64,000 nucleotides of DNA from the human T2T-CHM13v2.0 reference genome, Homo sapiens, in NCBI RefSeq assembly GCF_009914755.1, contig NC_060926.1. The stretch is one strand, 5' to 3'. Numbering within the stretch: position 1 is the first letter of the stretch; each line of letters opens with the position of its first letter. The translations under genes and the position numbers were made by a program. Below, in pieces: positions 59,219 to 64,000 of the stretch. The notes beneath the pieces were generated by a model, which saw only the letters and a list, made by a program, of their open reading frames with translations, made no database searches and was not told the DNA's origin.

Positions 59219-62200
59219 CCCTCTTTTTCTGTTGCTTTTTCTTAGAGGAATATTTTGGTTGCTTTTGATGCTTTTTTCTGGTTTCAAAAGCCTTCTTTGT
59301 GTGAATTAGGATTACCCACAGTCTCTTGAGACTTCTATTAGTATAATTAGAAGATTTCTGGCTATTTAATTTTTTGAAGAACATAAAATTAAATAAATAA
59401 ATTGAAATGTCTTGACCTCTTTTATTTCTTTATTTCTTCCTTCATCCAAGGTATATCATTAAATAAATAAGTTATCTGTCAATTGCAGACAACAGAAGTC
59501 TAAATGTAAATCTCTGGATTAGATAATGCACAATCAGTCAGGAAACAAAATTATTGGTAATGGAACAAATTCTCCATTACCAGAGAGCTGTGTAAATCAA
59601 AACTGGAAGTTGTATTTAATTTTACACCTTGGTGATAGTTCAAAGGATTTTATGGTAACTTGCAAGGAGTTAACGTACTGTGAATTCATTCTTGTACATT
59701 GATTTCTGCATTAGCTCCGTGAAAGGTACAGTTTTTTGGCAAATGAAAACTTTTCGAGGTACATTTTTTTTGTCATGTAATCCATATTCTGATTATAAAT
59801 CAGAATTTATAATAACTTGTTTCATTGTTCATGATTACAAATCATTGTCTGGATAACCGCACAGTCAGGCAAATAGAAAAATGGATTCTCATCTCTGAAG
59901 CTTACTGTGCAGACATTTTATTACATTATGAACTTTCTTCTGTTCCACAGAGTTCTTTGGAGGAGCTAGGCTCTGAATGAAGAACGCTTCCATCTACCTA
60001 TCTCTAGATATTCATGTTCTAGTTATTCATGATGTCTCTTGTTGCCACCTTTAGGAATTATGTTTGAATGCTGGTGTAGTAATATGTTGAATACTGATAG
60101 CAGTGGAAGTTAATCCACCTAATTAACCTTAAAGTTCAGAAACTTGATTGTCATGATCCTCTTCCAAATCATTGCACTTAAATTTGCATTTATAATTTTG
60201 TCTTGTTTTTTAAATTTTAAAGACTGCCTTTTTCATTATATAATTTCCAGAGCCCACATGTCTGCTCCAACACTGGCTGGTAGCATAGAGTCTGGCTCCT
60301 TTTGAAGATTTCAGACTAGAAAAAGTTTCTGACTCAACTCTTCCTAGATCCCTTCATGTGATGAGTAGGGTGAGCCTGGAGAGGTAGATCTCTGTCTCAT
60401 CCACCCTCCTCTCCAATAACCATAGCCTCACCTTACCTTTTTTTTTTTTAATTGGACATATGAGTAAGTTTTGGCCTTGTTTCAGTTGGTAAAGAAGTCC
60501 TTAGTTTAGGGACTGTAGAATACTGTGATGGCAGATTTCATCTGAAGAGGTCCTGCTATTCAGTTCCAGCCAATTGTTGCTATGCTGGAATGAGAACCCA
60601 GGTGTTACCAGATCATCTGCATTTTCAAGGGAAGTCAGAAATGTTTATTTTATGTGAAATCTCCCAATTTTGCACTCCTATCCTTATAAGAAATACACAA
60701 ATATATAAATAAATAAGCAAATAAGTAAGCAGGTAGGCAGTAGGTAAATCTACTATTCTGGTCCAATATATTGGCTGGATTCAGGTCAGAGTTTCTTTAG
60801 GAACCCTGGGAGATAAAGAAAAAAGAAGAGAAATACTTTTCTTCTAAGCTTATATGTTTCTGAATCCCATGAGACACATAGAGAAATCTATCTACTCATA
60901 AACTGGCAATTGCTGATGCTTAGGATTCATTGTATCAGACCTGTCTTCACAGTTGGGAAATGAAGCTGCTATTTAAAGAGCAGATTCATTGGTCATTTTG
61001 AAGGTAGTTGTTTCTATTTAGATAGTATATTAGCCATGTGTACATGTCACAACGAGCTAATTATAAGTAATATCCTATCATGTTTCATTATATTGTTCTC
61101 TAACAACATGCATGTCATTTTTAATTATATTTAGTGGTCTTTTAGCCTAAGGGCAAAGCATTTGCCACTTCAGAATTTTCAAATTGTCTCTTAATCAGGT
61201 GCTCTGATCTCATGCTGTCTCTTCTTCATTCCAGTGCCCCAATCAAATTTATACCAGAATTCTTAATCAATTTTCTGAGCCTCCCCAGCAGAACCTCCTC
61301 CTGTGGTCTCACAGCACCCTAGCCAAATTTATACTTCTCCTCAAACAAAAATTATTGTAGAGAATATTTGACTTATAAACATTTGGGGTTCATTGTCTTC
61401 TTAATTTAATTTGTGGTCTCTCTCCTGCCAAGATTGCCTTCCACATGCCTGTCTATTTATCAAAATTCTGCTACACTGTGAAGGTTATTTATTTTAGGTT
61501 AGGCCATGACATATGTAGAGTTGTGCTTTAGGGATATTAATATTGCAGTTGATCAGACATGGAATAGATTAGAAGGAAGAAATTGGAAACCTGCAGCCCA
61601 GTTAAGGGGCTATTATAATAGTTCAAGTGAGAGATATTGAGTATCTGGCCTTGGTTGGTAGCAGCAGACTTGGAAAGACAGACATGGAATGAAACAACAA
61701 TTGATTTATTGACCCAAAACAGAATCTCTCATTTTGTCAATGTTATCCTAGTCTTTAATTTACATGGAAATGAGCTGGAATGAGAAAAGGCACCCAAATT
61801 TGAAAATTATTACCCTATAATTTTTCTGCTAAAGTATCTTTACAGAATTATATTTTTTACCAATCACCTACCCCAAAAACATAATAATGAAAGAATATTT
61901 CTACTCTGCTATATAGCTTTTAGTAGCAGTAAAATGTTAGTATGTCACTTTCATCATATATTAATTATTTTCCACAGAATTCTACTTCTTATATTTTTTG
62001 ACCCTCACAGCATTATAAGAAATTAGAAAGGAGAAATATTGTTACATTTTTATTTTCATACAAGGAAATTGAACTATGGAGATTTAATATTTTATCCCAG
62101 ATGACATAAGGTTAGACTTTGATTTATAATCCATATTGTGAGTCCTTTTTTAAATAATAAATTATACATTTTCCTGAAATATATATATATAAGCTCAACT

Positions 62201-62379
62201 TTCTGCAAAGTCACATCCTCATTTGATTTGATTTGCCATTCAGACTGTGCTAACTGCTGATCTAGCTTAATTGTATTTTCTCAGGACACCATATTCGCAA
62301 AATATTCTAAATATTTGTTTCATTGTGTTATTTACTTCACCTTCTGAAGATGCTTTGTTGTGCCAAGCTTGATCCATCA

Positions 62380-62750
62380 GGATGGAATTGGTAATGTTGC
62401 AGAAACAAACAGAACAGATTACTTCAAAGTCTCGGTGGTTGAAAGCCACAGGGTCTCTCACTATTCATGTCTATCTTGGGTTGGCTGGAGACTCTGTGCC
62501 AAGTCCTCATCACTCCAGGACCTGGGCTGATTGAGCAGCCAGGAATATTGCTGGTCCTTGTGGCATAAGGAAAGAAAGAGTAGGTCAAATTATGCTGCAG
62601 CTCTTAAAGCTTCCACCTAGAGGCTTCACACTACATTTCTGCTCACATTTTATTGGCTAAAACAAATTATAAGATCACACCAAACTTCAAAGTGTGGTAA
62701 AGTGTTCAGGAACAGAACCTGAAATATTTGGAGAATAGCCTGATGAATAC
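62380..62750 (-). mobile_element. Old MLT1 (MLT1K/L-like) LTR
   Basis: CTCTTAAAGCTTCCACCTAG...CATTTCTGCTCACATTTTATTGGCTAAA. Confidence 0.6.
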
Positions 62751-64000
62751 AAGATATGCTCAGAAATCAGCTTTCATAAATGAGAAAATGTAAAGTACAT
62801 ACAGTATGGTGTAGTTTAAGGTGAAATTCTCTCAAGGCAAGAAGATGTAATGAGAAGACTTCATATAGGCACTTGGAGCCACAGTTCTAAGAATTACTCG
62901 GTAATATTGGGTTATTTAAATCTGTGTGTCTTTATTGTGTTGCAAATGCCAAGTTTGTTATGTGATTAAAGCATTCAGTCACTTTAATTTTAACAGCACT
63001 TATTTGCAGTAATGGGAAAAATAGCTAGTGTACGTACAGTCCTAACTGAACAGTTCAGATTGTTCTGTGTCTAGTCTCCTTTGTCTCTAATATCCTCAAT
63101 ATCGTCTAAGGAAAAAAATATCTTTTCTCTGCCTGGAGGAACCTGGCACAAGGGAGTTAATGTTGCAAGCTCTGCCTATAAGAACAACTGAGATACCATT
63201 GTGATTAAATTGCCTGGACTATTCAATTTCAAAGATCAGTTCTTTATAGGATTTGGCTGCTTGATTAGGTTGACACTGATACATTTAGTTGTGGCAAGTG
63301 AACCAAGTCAAGCCATTAGCCAAATCCTGTGTGTACCAAGATAAATACTTTTCACAAGAATCTCTTAGAAAATTAAAACCATAATATATTCATGTTATCT
63401 CAATTTGTCATAGAATTTGTATACATTATTTGTATCATACAACATATGTACTTGATTACATACCACATTTTTTCCTCATTGATAAGAATTATCTCTTCCC
63501 AAATATGAATTAATTAGATCAAGGGCAGGGTTGATTCTCTATCTTGTCAATCCTTTACTAAAGAGAACATTCTGGGCCATAGTAATTATTTTTTTCTACT
63601 TGATAGTGAACTATCTCAACCAAGTCTGAGTTTGAGTTCCCGTTCTACTTCTGACTATAAAATGAAGTCTTTTCCTAGGTGATCTTGAATAGCTCATCTA
63701 CATCCAAAATACAGTACACCAGTGAATTAGTGAATTATATTTTAATTAAGGAAACTGGCTGACACCGAAATGATTTTCCTGGTGGATGTAATATAATTTA
63801 ATAAGTTTTTGTGCTACAAAAAAGTGAGTTTTAAGGAATCCAGTAAAACTTTTTTGTCAATTAATTGTTTGAACATTGTGTGACTTCTAAATCAGCTACA
63901 TTTCAGTTATCATATTGTGGATCTAAATGAGATATTTTGTTTGCAATACATTAGCATCATTTATAATATTTAACATTATTTTGTCGATGTTGATGGAGTT

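Overview
Hominid (very likely human) intronic DNA, with no prokaryotic features. Two phase-1/phase-1 coding exons on + (25580-25774 and 31576-31839) splice in frame into thrombospondin type-1 repeat sequence that I recognise as THSD7B. The rest is a layered record of transposable elements. (1) An internally deleted two-LTR ERVL provirus (LTR18/HERVL18, HERV-S type, with a tRNA-Ser PBS) sits inside an MLT1 LTR. (2) A near full-length L1MA hosts an Alu, and a full-length ~6.04 kb L1PA2-like element has inserted into that Alu's poly(A) tail. (3) A second nest runs L1MB > L1MA > Tigger3a > two inverted Alus. (4) Several solo LTRs, many Alus, and L2/L3/MIR/MER remnants fill the remainder. Best lead: the young L1 is antisense to THSD7B, so its antisense promoter and open ORF0 point at the exon 6.8 kb downstream. 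ORF0 splice donor 1 is phase 1, which predicts an in-frame ORF0-THSD7B fusion. Also notable: the ORF1 frameshift looks like a template-switch (hairpin-perfecting) mutation, and inverted Alus flank symmetric exons that would give stop-free circRNAs. Repeat subfamily names come from remembered consensus sequences, and boundaries of old repeats are approximate.
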